Source: Octopus vulgaris
Lineage: Eukaryota
NCBI GenBank assembly: GCA_951406725.2
Contig: OX597824.1
Location: 49,290,001 to 49,354,000, forward strand
Length of the DNA: 64,000 nucleotides
Direction of reading: 5' to 3'
Within the stretch, counting starts at the first letter, position 1. Each line of letters starts with the position of its first letter. Shown here one piece after another: positions 25,585-38,009 of the stretch. A model generated the notes under the pieces. That model was given only the letters and a program-made list of their open reading frames with translations. It was not told the DNA's origin and ran no database searches. The translations under genes and the position numbers were made by a program.

Positions 25585-25775
25585 TGACCTCGTGAGTACC
25601 GCTGGCGATTTTTTTCCTCTGTCTTCCCTTCTCCTATGTTTCCGACGAAGAGCTCCGCTCGAAACGTTAAACTCTCCTTCTTCCCTTCTTTCCTGAGCGT
25701 CCAATAATACTTTATTTGTTCCACGTCCTCGCGTTGTTGTGTCTTTTTTGTGTTTTCTTGTTTGGATTAACTTTA
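25585..25775 (+). mobile_element. Second-type hammerhead-bearing mini-element (motif at 25638-25672), nested in the TA tract of a SINE A
   Basis: GTTT-CCGACGA-A-GAGC-tcc-GCTC-GAAA-CG-TT-AAAC followed by TTTCCTGAGCG, as in the 30.5 kb element. Confidence 0.65.
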
Positions 25776-25947
25776 TATATATATATATGTATGTATGTGT
25801 ATATGTTTGTGTGTCTGTGCTTGTACCCCTAACATTGCTTGACAACTGGTGGAATAAGTACTGGGGTTGCAAAGAGTGGGTCCTGGGGTAGACTAGGGGC
25901 GGTGCTCCAGCGTGGCAACAGTCAAATGATTGAAACAAGTAAAAGAG

Positions 25948-25971
25948 TATATATATATATATGGGTGTGTG

Positions 25972-26002
<31 letters not shown>

Positions 26003-26077
26003 ATATATATGTATATGTATGTATGTATATATATATATATATGTATGAATGTATATATATATATATATGTATGAATG

Positions 26078-26112
<35 letters not shown>

Positions 26113-26239
26113 GTATGTATATATATATGTATGTATGTATATATATATATGTATGTATGTATATATATATGTATGTATGTATATATATATGTATGTATAT
26201 ATATATATATGTATATATATATGTATGTATATATATATG

Positions 26240-26270
<31 letters not shown>

Positions 26271-26403
26271 ATATATATATGTATGTATATATATATGTAT
26301 ATATATATATATGTATATATATATATGTATGTATATATATATATGTATGTATATATATATATGTATGTATATATATATGTATGTATATATATATGTATGT
26401 ATA

Positions 26404-26462
<59 letters not shown>
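25948..26462. repeat. Compound (TA)n/(TATG)n microsatellite
   Basis: Directly visible. Confidence 0.95.
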
Positions 26463-26463
<1 letters not shown>

Positions 26464-26464
<1 letters not shown>

Positions 26465-26950
26465 TAGCAGTATCGCCCGGCGTTGCTCGGGTTTGTAAGG
26501 GAAATAACTATATAAGCATTTTTAGAGAGTTACTTCCCTTATAGATGCCAATTCGGGCTTTCTTAGCCATTTCTGTTTTGGTGTCTTCAAGCCATGAAGT
26601 CGTTGTTCTAAAAGAACGCTGGTCTCCTTGACAACGCTTTACGACGTTGATTTCCTTACACTCCCTTCCCCACAGATTCACGAGGGAGGGAAGAAGCAAA
26701 CAGGTGCAGATGTGACCATGGACGCCAACTTCGCCGCCATCGACACACGAAAAATTATACATTAAAATGGAATAAAAAATGATGTTAAATTATTTTTAAA
26801 ATCGTAGACTCATCGTAGATGCGCGCTAATACCCAGACGGGCTCGATATGAATCATGACTATAAGATACCGAATTTGGTTAAACTGCACCGCAAAATGTG
26901 GGAGTAGTTAGGAATTTAAATCGAAGGGGACAGACACTCACACAACTACA

Positions 26951-26960
<10 letters not shown>
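26464..26960 (-). mobile_element. Non-autonomous Helitron
   Basis: The minus-strand 3' end has hairpin CCCG-AGCAACGC-CGGG then CTAG|T. The 5' end is TATATAAAA..GTGTCTGTC inside a TA tract. Confidence 0.75.
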
Positions 26961-27010
<50 letters not shown>

Positions 27011-27013
<3 letters not shown>

Positions 27014-28455
27014 TCATCATCATCATCATCATTTAGCGTCCGTTTTCCATGCTAGCATGGGTTGGACGTTCTGTGGGGTCTGTGAAGCCAGAAGGCTTCA
27101 TCAGGCCCAGTCAAATCTGGCAGTGTTTCTACGGCTGGATGCCCTTCCTAACGCCAACCACTCCGTGAGTGTAGTGGGTGCTTTTACGTGCCACCCGCAC
27201 TGGTGCCAGACAGAGCTGGCAACGGCCACGAACGGATGGTGCTTTTTATGTGCCACCGGCACGAGGGCCAGGCGAGGCTGGCAACGGACACGAAACGGGG
27301 CGGTGCTGGCAACGGTCGCGAAACGGAAAGTTCTCTTACATGCCACCGGCACTGGTAATACATCTGCAATTTCCATTGATCGATTTCCATTGATCGATTT
27401 CGATTCTGATCCTCACTTGCTTCAATGGGTCTTCACAAGCAGAGTTTCGACATGCCACCGGCACTGGTAGCACATCCGCAATTTCCATTGATCGATTTCG
27501 ATTCTGATCCTCACTTGCCTCAACACGTCTTCACAAGTAGAGTTTTGTGTCCCAAGAAGGAAGGTATGCATACGTAGGCTGGCTCCATCCCATGTAGAAG
27601 GCCACGGGTTGTGGACTCACTTGTCCTGCCGGGTCTTCTCGCGCACAGCACACTTCCAGAGGTCTCGGTCTCTAGTCATTTCCTCAGTGAGACCTAAAGT
27701 TCGAAGGTCGTGCTTCACCACCTCGTCCCAGGTTTTCCTGGGTTTGCCTCTTCCACAGGTTCCCTCAACCGCTAGGGCGTGGCACTTTTTCACACAACTA
27801 TCTTCATCCATTCTCGCCACATGACCATACCAGCGCAAACGTCTCTCTTGCACACCACAACTGATGCTTCTTAGGTCCAGCTTTTCTCTCAAGGTACTTA
27901 CACTCTGCCGAGTGTGAGTACTGACATTACACATCCATCGGAGCATACTGGCTTCATTTCTAGCGAGCTTACGCATATCCTCAGCAGTCACGGCCCATGT
28001 TTCACTGCCATGTAGCATGGCTGTTCGTATCATACAGTCTGCCTTTCACTCTGTGCGAGAGGCCTTTGTCACCAGCAGAGGTAAGAGCTCTCTGAACTTT
28101 GCCCAAGCTATTCTTACTCTAGCAGTTACACTTTCAGCACACCCGCCCCGCTGCTGACTTGGTCACCTAGGTAACGGAAACTATCAACTATTTCTAGTTT
28201 TTCTCCTGGAAAGTGACAGAAGTTGGTCTCAGAGCATTTTCAGTGTTTATTGTTCCTGAGCAACTGCCACATACAAAAACCATCTTCCTAGTTAGCCTTC
28301 CTTTGACATTGCTGCATCTCTTATGTGTCCATAGCGTACACTTGGTGCATCTTATAGAGTTTCTACCTACACCTTTTCTACAGATCGAGCAGGGCCATCT
28401 ACCTGAAGGTGTTTGTGATTTGTCAACCTTCCTACTGATTACGACTTTGGTTTTA
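27011..28455 (-). mobile_element. 5'-truncated RTE-clade LINE with PHD-like insert in RT and (GAT)n tail
   Basis: [50 protein letters not shown]. The 3' UTR contains a ~100-bp tandem duplication (27339-27548). Confidence 0.9.
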
Positions 28456-28525
28456 TATATATATATGTATGTATATATATATATATGTATGTATATATAT
28501 ATGTATGTATATATATAAGTATATA

Positions 28526-28568
<43 letters not shown>

Positions 28569-28650
28569 TTCCTGAGCGCCATACTAATACAATTGTTCGT
28601 TTGTTTTCCACCTGCCTTCGTCTTTTGTCTATTTTCATAAAGCTTCCCGT

Positions 28651-28710
<60 letters not shown>

Positions 28711-28740
28711 TATATATATATATATGCATATATATATATG

Positions 28741-30133
28741 TAAACTAATCACCTTCCTTGAAGAAAATGACTTGCTGCCTGACATTCAACATGGTTTCTG
28801 GCCAGGAAGAAGCTGCTTAACTCAGCTCCTACAACACTATGACTGGGTGCTGAAACGACTGCTCAACCACTCAAATGTGGAAGTCATGTATCTCGACTTT
28901 GCATAGGCCTTTGATAAAGTCGGTCATGGAATGCTATGTCACAAACTGCGTGATCTTGGCAAAGTTGGAAAATTGAGAGAGTGGCTTCATGACTTTCTGA
29001 AGGATAGAAGTCAGGTGGTAGTAGCCAATGGGGCCACTTCCACTAACACGCAAATAGTGAGCGGTGTTCCACAAGGCACTTTTTTGGGACCACTACTGTT
29101 CATAATGGCCCTCTCAGACATGCCCTCAGCCATGATCACAAGTTATGCAGATGATACAAAAGTTTCACAGGCAATACAGAACCCTGAAGACACTAAGCAC
29201 CTGCAATGTGAGCTGGACAAAATATACAAGTGGGCTGAAAAGAAAAGCATGCAGTTCAATGCTGAAAAGTTTCAAGCTCTATGCTATCAGCACGCAAAAC
29301 TAAATGCAATACCCAATAAATACACTGGACCTGGAGGGACTGCAATCCCAGAGGCACAATCAGTGTGAGACCTGGGTATTTACATGAGTGACGATGCAAC
29401 CTTTCATGTGCATGTTGCTAAATTGGCAATGAAATATAGGCGGCTGACAGGATGGATTCTTAGAACCTTCAGAACAAGAGACCAGGAAATCATGATGGTC
29501 CTCTGGAGGACACTTGTCCTAAGCCACTTTGACTATTGCTCTCAGCTATGGTCACCATCCAGTGTCAAGTTAATCACAGAACTTGAGGCGATCCAACGAA
29601 GCTACACGAAGAAGATAACCTCTGTGCAGCATATAAGCTATTGGGAAAGACTCAAGAGATTGAGACTCTATTCCTTAGAGCGTAGGCGAGAAAGATATGC
29701 CATAATATACATCTGGAAGATCCTAGAAGGACTTGTCCCAAACTTTGGCATCGAGAGTTACACAAATGCCAGAACTGGGCGCCACTGCATAGTGCCAAGG
29801 ACTCCAAATTTGCCATCAAGATGTAGGACAAGATACTGTGATAGCCTGGGCTTCCAAGGCCCACAGCTCTTCAATATCCTCCCGAAGAACCTAAGAGACC
29901 TGCATGGGGTGGATGCAGACGTCTTTAAAATGAAACTGGATCTCTTCTTGTCAGGTATCCCAGATGAACCAACTTCACGGCAGGAGGTGCAGATGAGGGC
30001 AGTTGCATTGAACTCTCTCATGCACCAAATGGCAATTGCTAAAAAGCATTCGTGAAGTAAAATGATGTAGCAACACCAAATGGCGGTGCCCCAGCATGGC
30101 CACAGCTAGTGAGCTGAAACTAGATAAAAAAAA
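28741..30133 (+). mobile_element. 5'-truncated CR1-clade LINE (RT with in-frame stops)
   Basis: [40 protein letters not shown] and RLRLYSLERRRER, followed by a short 3' UTR and A tail. Confidence 0.9.
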
Positions 30134-30222
30134 ATATATATATAAATAAATAAATATATATATATGTGTGTATATATATATATATGTATGTATATATATA
30201 TGTATATATATATATATGTATG

Positions 30223-30255
<33 letters not shown>

Positions 30256-30320
30256 GTATATATATATGTATGTATATATATATGTATGTATATATATATG
30301 TATGTATGTATATATATATG

Positions 30321-30351
<31 letters not shown>

Positions 30352-30384
30352 GTATATATATGTATGTATGTATGTGTATATATA

Positions 30385-30595
30385 GATCACCATGTTGATT
30401 CGCTAGCCTCTGCATGCATTTTTTTTCTCTCCTTCTTTCTGTGTTTCTTCTCTGTGTATCTTTCTGTTGAAGAGCGTAGGCTCGAAACGTTAAAGACTTG
30501 TTTTATTTATATTTCCTGAGCGCCATACTAATACAATTGTTTGTTTGTATTCCACCTGCCTTCGTCTTTTGTCTATTTTCATAAAGCTTCCTGTT
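30385..30595 (+). mobile_element. Non-coding hammerhead-bearing mini-element (motif at 30459-30496)
   Basis: TCTTT-CTGTTGA-A-GAGC-gtag-GCTC-GAAA-CG-TT-AAAGA. Its 3' ~85 bp is repeated at 28568-28651. Confidence 0.7.
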
Positions 30596-30864
30596 ATATA
30601 TATATATATATATACATGTATATGTAAGTTGGTGAGCTGAAAGAAACGTTAGCACACCAGGCGAAATGCTTAGTAGTATTTCGTCTGCCATTTCGTTCTG
30701 AGTTCAAATTCCACCAAGGTCAACTTTGCCTTTCATCCTTTCGGGGTCAATAAGTTAAGTACCAGTTGCATACTGGAGTTGATGTAATCGACTTAATCCC
30801 TTTGTCTGTCCTTGTTTGTCCCCTCTATGTTTAGCCCCTTGTGGGTAATAAAGAAATAAATATA

Positions 30865-31224
30865 GGCGCAGGAGTGGCTGTGTGGTAAGTAGCTTGTTTA
30901 CCAACCACATGGTCCCGGGTTCAGTCCCACTGCGTGGCACCTTGGGCAAGTGTCTCCTACTATAACCTCAGGCCGACCAAAGCCTTGTGAGTGGATTTGG
31001 TAGACGGAAACTGAAAGAAGCCCGTCGTATATATGTTTGTCCCTCTAGCATTGCTTGACAACCGATGCTGGTGTGTTTATGTCTCCGTTACTTAGCGGTT
31101 CGGCAAAAGAGACCGATAGAATAAGTACTGGGCTTACAAAAGAATAAGTCCCGGGGTCGAGTTGCTCGATTAAAGGCAGTGCTCCAGCATGGCTGCAGTC
31201 AGATGACTGAAACAAGTAAAAGAG
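30865..31224 (+). mobile_element. tRNA-headed SINE family A, full length
   Basis: A-box TGGCTGTGTGG, B-box GGTTCAGTCCC and a CR1-like 3' tail. Very similar copy at 43399-43780; decayed copies at 55604 (+), 52450 (-) and 16190 (-). Confidence 0.85.
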
Positions 31225-31239
31225 TATATGTATGTGTAT

Positions 31240-32030
31240 TTTTTCAATATTTACAAATAACATGGAAAAAATAAATAGTTGCCGGGGTAGCAAAAATTCA
31301 TATAAGTTCCAAGGATGTAACAGTGTACTCATAAAGGTAGAATGTTGGTAAAGTATTTTTGTATAACATAGATAAATAAATAGATGGAGTTAAACGCAGG
31401 TGTTATTCAAATCTTTATACTTCTGGCATATGTTTTAAAGAAAACATTGGTATTATTCCAGAAGGAATAAATGATGTAAAACAATGCAATCTTCTCATCA
31501 GGGAAAAAAAGAGAAACAAAACACATCAATAAGACATTTTAATGAATATGAATACTGATAAGTTATTTTTTTTTAAAAACTGTTAATAGATATAATGTCA
31601 AAGGTAATTTATGAAAAAAAGGAGGAGGAAGAAAGAAATTAGCAGAAAACTAAAAGTGGAGAAATATAGTGCGATAGGTGAATAGGAATAAAGATTAAAG
31701 GTATGGAATTAGATATATTTAGTGGAAGTGCAATGTAAGAAGACAGTTAAAGGTAGAATTTTATAGACTGGTATAAATCACTTATAGGAACTAAAGGTAT
31801 GTTTTTGCCAATGTTTGCAACAATAAATGCGTTCTTTAAACGTGTTTACAAGAGGATTCTCTGAAAACAGGATGAAATACAGTTCATCATTACAAAGCGA
31901 ACACAAAGATTTCCCTTTATCATAAGGAAAGGATATAGATAGAATATTCCATTCCAAATCAAACTGTTCCTTTAGAGACCAAATTAATTTACTAAGAAAC
32001 ATAATAATTTTATTGGTATAATGACCATCA
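31240..32030 (-). mobile_element. Third, diverged PLE 3' fragment with degenerate hammerhead (31420-31506)
   Basis: ORF 31778-32002 LSKLIW..ILSISFPYDKGKSLCSLCNDE..CCKHWQKHTF. The pseudo-LTR is homologous to 6650-7200 and reads CTGATGA-GAAGA...CATATG-CC on the minus strand. Confidence 0.8.
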
Positions 32031-35000
32031 ATAATGACAAGCCCATTTTAAGTTTCGCTTCGAGAATCTTGCAAAAGAAATGCAACATATCAATACATAC
32101 ATAAAAGTTCGGGTTTTGTGCTCAACAGCTGTTTCATTATGATAAACGTAATTAAATGTATAATGTCATAATTGTGATAATTGACCAAATTATGTAATTA
32201 CACATTTAGTGATGTTTACCTTAATGAACCAGTCGTCGAACTTAAAGTATGAACTTTGTGTTATACATTGGAGTCGAATGACCTGCTATTAATTGCCGTC
32301 TGAGGCTTATACATATAGATATTACACAAATACGTACATACATTCAGACATGTGTGTAAGAAAGATGCATAAGCAACATTTATATATATATATATGCGTG
32401 TGTGTGTATATATATATATATATAATCAGGATTACCGTGCATATATTTAAATGAAAACACAAATTCAATAAACACTTGTTTATAAGAAAAGTATACTCAT
32501 AAAATAAGAAACAAAAATGCCAAAGAAAACGTTCACGTTTCTGAATTTGTGAAAGAGAAAACATGTATATATATATATGTGTGTGTCAATAGAAGTGTGT
32601 AAATGTGAAAAGATTGTGAATGAAGAAAACAAGGTCAGGGAGAGAGTTCAACAGGCCAGAGAAAAGAGACAGACAGACAGACAGGGACAGAGAGGTATAT
32701 ATAGAGAGAAAGAGTAAAAGAGAAAGACAAGAGAACGAAAAGGTGGTATGTAGAAAAAGTGAGAACATAAATAAAAATTACAAGTTTCGACCTAGTTCTG
32801 ACTGTGGTAATAGCTGTGGTGATGGCAGTCGCCGACAATGGAACGAATAAATAATCAAATCAACAAATAATTGAAAATGAGTAAAAAGAAATAAATAACA
32901 GCACAACAATAACAAGTAAACAAGGATAATGATAAAAGCAAACACAACTGACGAGTCAACCAGCCAGCCAGCCAGCCAGCCACATTTTATTGCACTTATG
33001 ACGTTTTCCAGTTGCTAGTCACGTGGTCTATTGTCGAAGGCTTTCACCACATTCTTATTTACTCTTGCCGCTACCCACCACTGCTGCTGCTGTTACCGAT
33101 TGTTACTACTACGACTATTATTGTCTTTTTCTTCTTCTTTTTCCTCTTCTTCTTACTACTACTACTACTACTACTGTCCTCCCCCCTCTTCCTTTATTGT
33201 TACTATTGTAATTTTCATCGTCGGCATCGTCATCACCATCATCATCATCATCATCATCACGGTGATAAACACGGAACGTAAAGACGGGGACCCCAAATAT
33301 AATACACTCACCATCACGCAAAGCAGCCAGATAGAAGATAAGAGGTGTTAGGGAGAGCAAGAGAGAAAGCAAAAAAAAAAAAAAAAGAATCGGAGACATA
33401 ACGATCAACCTGGCACTTGGATCCTTATTAACCCTCGGTGAACATTACTATAAGACGTGTGAAAACACGATTTTAATTATTTTTATTTTCCGCTTTTCCG
33501 ATATATATATATAAACACAAGCATATATACACAATGTATAAATATATACATCTATAAATAATATACATATATCATGTTTATGTGTATATAAGTGTACTTA
33601 TGTAGTATATATATATATATTCAACTAAATTTAGACACTGCTCAGACTGCGCAAACTGACACAAGTAAACCTTAAGATTCGTGAACCCCGAAAGGAACCA
33701 GTTAATTTATAACCGAGAAAGATTTTATTTCCGATAAATTGACTTTTAACAATAGTCTGATTGAGTCTCAAAAAGCTCAAATATTAACATCATAAATTAT
33801 AAAAATGCCTCTTGTTCTATTTTAGTCGTATTCAGATCAAATCTTAAAAATATACTTTGGAAAATATTTTTTCTCATCATTGAGGTGTATTAGATTTTGT
33901 AAACAAATCCGAAGGTTTGTGGATAAGGTTATATCTTATAACAGAGGAAGTGTCGAATTTGAACCCCACATCCCCGTCTTCTTTTTTTTTTTCAAACAAT
34001 TCTTCAAATTCCTGTTTTCGACCAACGGAAATTATATGGCCAAAAGATAAAGTCCCTTCCCCTCCAATTTTGTTTCAAGAAAAAACCTTTTTTCAAAATT
34101 CAATTTGAGAGGTATACATAGAGAAAAATACTGCGATTACGATTGTGGATTTTGTTTTTCAAAATTTCAATACTGATTGTATATTCCACTTTCAAATTGT
34201 GTTCATAAACCGCAAAAATGTTCTAGACAAGCTGGCGAAGTTGTTAGAGCGTCGGCCTTGCGATTTTTGTTCCAACTCTTGTGTTCTGAGTTCAAATCTC
34301 GCCGACGTCAAAACTTTGGTTTTCACCTTTGATAAAATATAGCACCAGTCAATATGATCGATGGTAGCAACAAATCCCCTCCCCTCAAAATTGCTGTTCT
34401 CATGCCATTATTATATTCTGAGAATGGTCGGAAAACATTTTTCCATTTGATAAATAAAGAATTCAAGAAAAATACTGCTTCTCACTGGTTGCCATCCCCT
34501 TCCCAACCCTAATCACGGTGAATTCTATTTACATGTAGAAAATTATTGTCGCTTCTACTAATGAATGTATTGGCAGACAAATCTCAATGTATATACACAA
34601 ATTTTATATATATATGTATGTGTGTGTGTATGTATGTAATACACACACACGTGTGCGTGTACTATATATATAGATATAGTACACGCACACGTGTGTGTAT
34701 TACATATATGTGCATTTATGTATACATATCTATAATCATATAGAACGGGTGTTCATAAACTCACATATTAAACATGTCTATATAAGTAAAAGTTTAAGGC
34801 TCCAAATTAGTATTTAACAAGAATTACATGAAATTTCAGCGCAGTTTTACCATTTTGAATGTCTCACAGCTGTTTACTATTGAATAAATAAATAGCGATA
34901 ATAAATTTCCTGTGTCGACTTCTGTGATCCTGTAGGGATTTTACTTCCATTGCTTAATCACTCACTCAGAAGGGAACAAAAAGGCATCACTAGCACAAAA

Positions 35001-36289
35001 GGAATGTGGTTTAAACTGGCATTTGGCTGGGTTTAAATTGTTAGTAGGGGTACCTACTAAGTGCTATGGCTACTAGAAGATATGTGTAGGTAACATTATA
35101 TAGTTATAAAACACACCTCAAACAATTCTTTATTAACAATAAACACCTTTTGCTAGTATATATGACGGTCAGATAAATTCAGAAAGCAATCAATAAAATC
35201 CAATCCTGGTAATAATTCAGCCATTTTAGCTCCATAATTTGTATAATTATTGCCTGTAAAGGAAAGAAGACTGATTATTCGCTCAGTGATGAAGAGAATT
35301 TTTTGTTTTCATTTACCGTAATCTCTTTAATTTACTCAATGAATACTAAGTGTTTTAAATCATAACTTATGGAATCCTAACTTAGCGAATGAAATAGAGA
35401 AAATAATAAGTACAATTTGATTTTCTGATTTGAAAATGCATCAAATATATCGGTTTAGATTTATTTTTGATGACTGTACATATTAAGAACAAAGCTATTG
35501 TCTTAAGCAATAAAATTTAGGAGGTAAATTTTGAAGATTGTCAGTAAATTGATTTGTGAAATATTACAAAATGTTTCTACTTCGTAATGACCCGTGTGAA
35601 GACAATTAAAAAATTAATACCTAGTATATAATAAAGAAATCTGTGTACATTGATGTATAAAATCTGGTGTGTGTATATACCCATAGAGATTTTTTTTTTC
35701 CGAACAATTCATATTTTGCATATTTTTATTCTGAAAAATTCGTTAAAGGTTAAAGTTATAAACGACGAATCTCTAATATCGTATATAACGAGTCAGCACA
35801 TAAGGGGAAGAAAAGTCGATTAAATCGAACTCAGTGGATTACAGTATCATTTTTATCAATTCCCAAATAGACGAAAAGCGAAAGCGATCTGACTGAATTC
35901 GAAATATAATAGTGTCTGTGCGTGTGTTTAGATTAATTTTTCTTTTTTTATCGAAATAGGTTTATATATGAAGAGGAGAGATGGGATATATATTAAAGGT
36001 TAAAAATAAAATAAAAATCAGTTTTTAGTATGACTCTAAAGGTTATGAATACTCGTTAAGTGTTTGTATTAGTTCAGTAACTTCGCCTAACTCTTCGACA
36101 CTTTTTGTCTTTTCACTTCAGTTCCTGCATCTCTTTCGTCTTCCTTTTAAAAGTTTATATATATGTTTATGTGTATATATATATGCACACACACTGTTTC
36201 TTAGTAATAAATTTGAGTTTATTTATTTCTTTATTTTCCCAACCGTCTTTCTCTCTCTGTATCACGTTACTGTTACCTTTTTTTCCTTT

Positions 36290-36560
36290 TTACGTCAACT
36301 TCTGTTTCCGTTTAGGTAGCATTGACCCGGAAGTCACACCAAAGCCTCGTTTTCAGTGCGGATGTGAGGCGGATGAAGTGAGGGAGACAGATAAAAACAG
36401 AAACAGGGAACGACATAAGTGATATAGAAATAGAAGACATGGACTATGAAAGAGAAAGGAGTTAGAAAGTAATGTGAGAGAGGCGGAAGCTGTTGCACGG
36501 CAGCACTACAGTAGCGCACCACCACCGTTACACTGGGTTAACTCCATCCGACCAACGCAA
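36290..36560 (+). promoter_or_regulatory. Likely ZFAND3 promoter/5' UTR region
   Basis: CpG-retaining, ETS motif CCGGAAGT at 36327-36334, GCGGAAG at ~36483 and ACTACA at ~36506, 100-350 bp upstream of the ATG. Confidence 0.55.
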
Positions 36561-36659
36561 GCCATACATACACACAATATATATATATATTTCCGTCCAC
36601 CCCAATTTAGCTGCGGAATTTTTTTTTTCTAGAAACAAAATTAATAATAATAATTTTTG

Positions 36660-36712
36660 ATGGAAGAATCGAGCAGCAGTGAACCGCCTAGATGCCCTTG
36701 TGGATTTTGGGG
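36660..36712 (+). CDS. ZFAND3: AN1-type zinc finger protein 3, coding exon 1 (first half of A20-type finger)
   Basis: ATG..MEESSSSEPPRCPCGFWG|GTAAG. PPRCPCGFWG matches the ZFAND3 N-terminus as I recall it. Phase-2 donor. Confidence 0.88.
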
Positions 36713-37967
36713 GTAAGACACCATTGCTTTGTTCTGTCATGGTTTTGTGTTTATTTTATTTTCTGTTTTTTATATTTAGTTATATTTTTCTTTCGTTCCA
36801 TGTTTCACGTTATTCTTCTAGTTTCTCTAAGTTAACCTAATTAGAGCGATCAAGAAGGGAGGAACTGATACGAACGATCAGTAAGGGATATTTTATAAAT
36901 ATATACACGTATATGTGTGACAGTGATATATATATATGATATATATATATATGATATATATACACACACATACATAAGCGAAAAAGGGTGGACCTCTGTC
37001 TCCCCCCACCATCTCTCACATGTTTAATTTTGCTCTTTTTATCTTTCTTGGATTCGCTCTTTAGTGTCGGGTTGTCTCTTCCTCCTTCTCACTCCTCTAT
37101 CAATAACAAGACATTTTAATTTCCGCAATAAAGTTTCTATTGTGTGTGTATGTGTCTGAGACATGTCCTATTTTTCTTTCTTTTCTTGTATTTTAAATAA
37201 GAAAAGCAAAACAAAGCAAAGTATTCACCTTACTCGCCTTATATTTGCCATGCTAGCTGCTCCTGATGCCTCTTATGTCACTCTTCCTTTATGGATGCTA
37301 ATAATATTTTACTCATAATGAATTAGAATGCCTTTCTTCTAAAGACGAAATCGTTTATATAATAGACATGGCTATATAGATCTGCGGTGGGAGGATATTT
37401 ACATATGGTAGGGGGGGGGTCTTTCAGACCATTGAGTTGATGAGTGAATGTCTTCTGTGCATTTGCCCTGATTTAAGAGGAAGATCTATGGTTGGTTTAT
37501 AATATTGGAACTGAACTAATTATTCAAATATCTAACCATTTTGTTGTTTGGGAACTTCTTTATAGAATAGAAACTAGGCTGTATATCATTGAAAGATGTC
37601 AAAGACGATTGTGCGGTTTAATTTTGGTTGCCAAAGAGAAAGAAGTTACACAAAAACATACTTAGCTTTGTGACACTGAATCCTAACAAATGTAATTTCT
37701 AAAGAAATTTATTTGTGAGAGTTCGTCCGTACATCTTGGTGAACCACACCTAAAATGATTTGTCGTCACCTGTTGGAGATGGGCATTGAAAATGTAGGAT
37801 AAATAGAAAATATACTAAAAAATAAAAAACGCTAGATTTAAACTGTGGAGGCCATATACATATTTATGACAAATATATAATATGTGTATACACATTAATA
37901 ATCGTGTCTTTATAACCACAATAGTAAAATGTATATGAATAAGTTATATATGTATGGAAGGTCTGTA

Positions 37968-38009
<42 letters not shown>

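Noticed and set aside
30865-30940. tRNA gene
   Set aside because: A and B boxes are present but there is no complete cloverleaf, and it continues into a SINE body repeated many times in the window.
35281-35310. Possible hammerhead (GTGATGAAGAG)
   Set aside because: No C3, no closing stem II or GAAA and no stem I.
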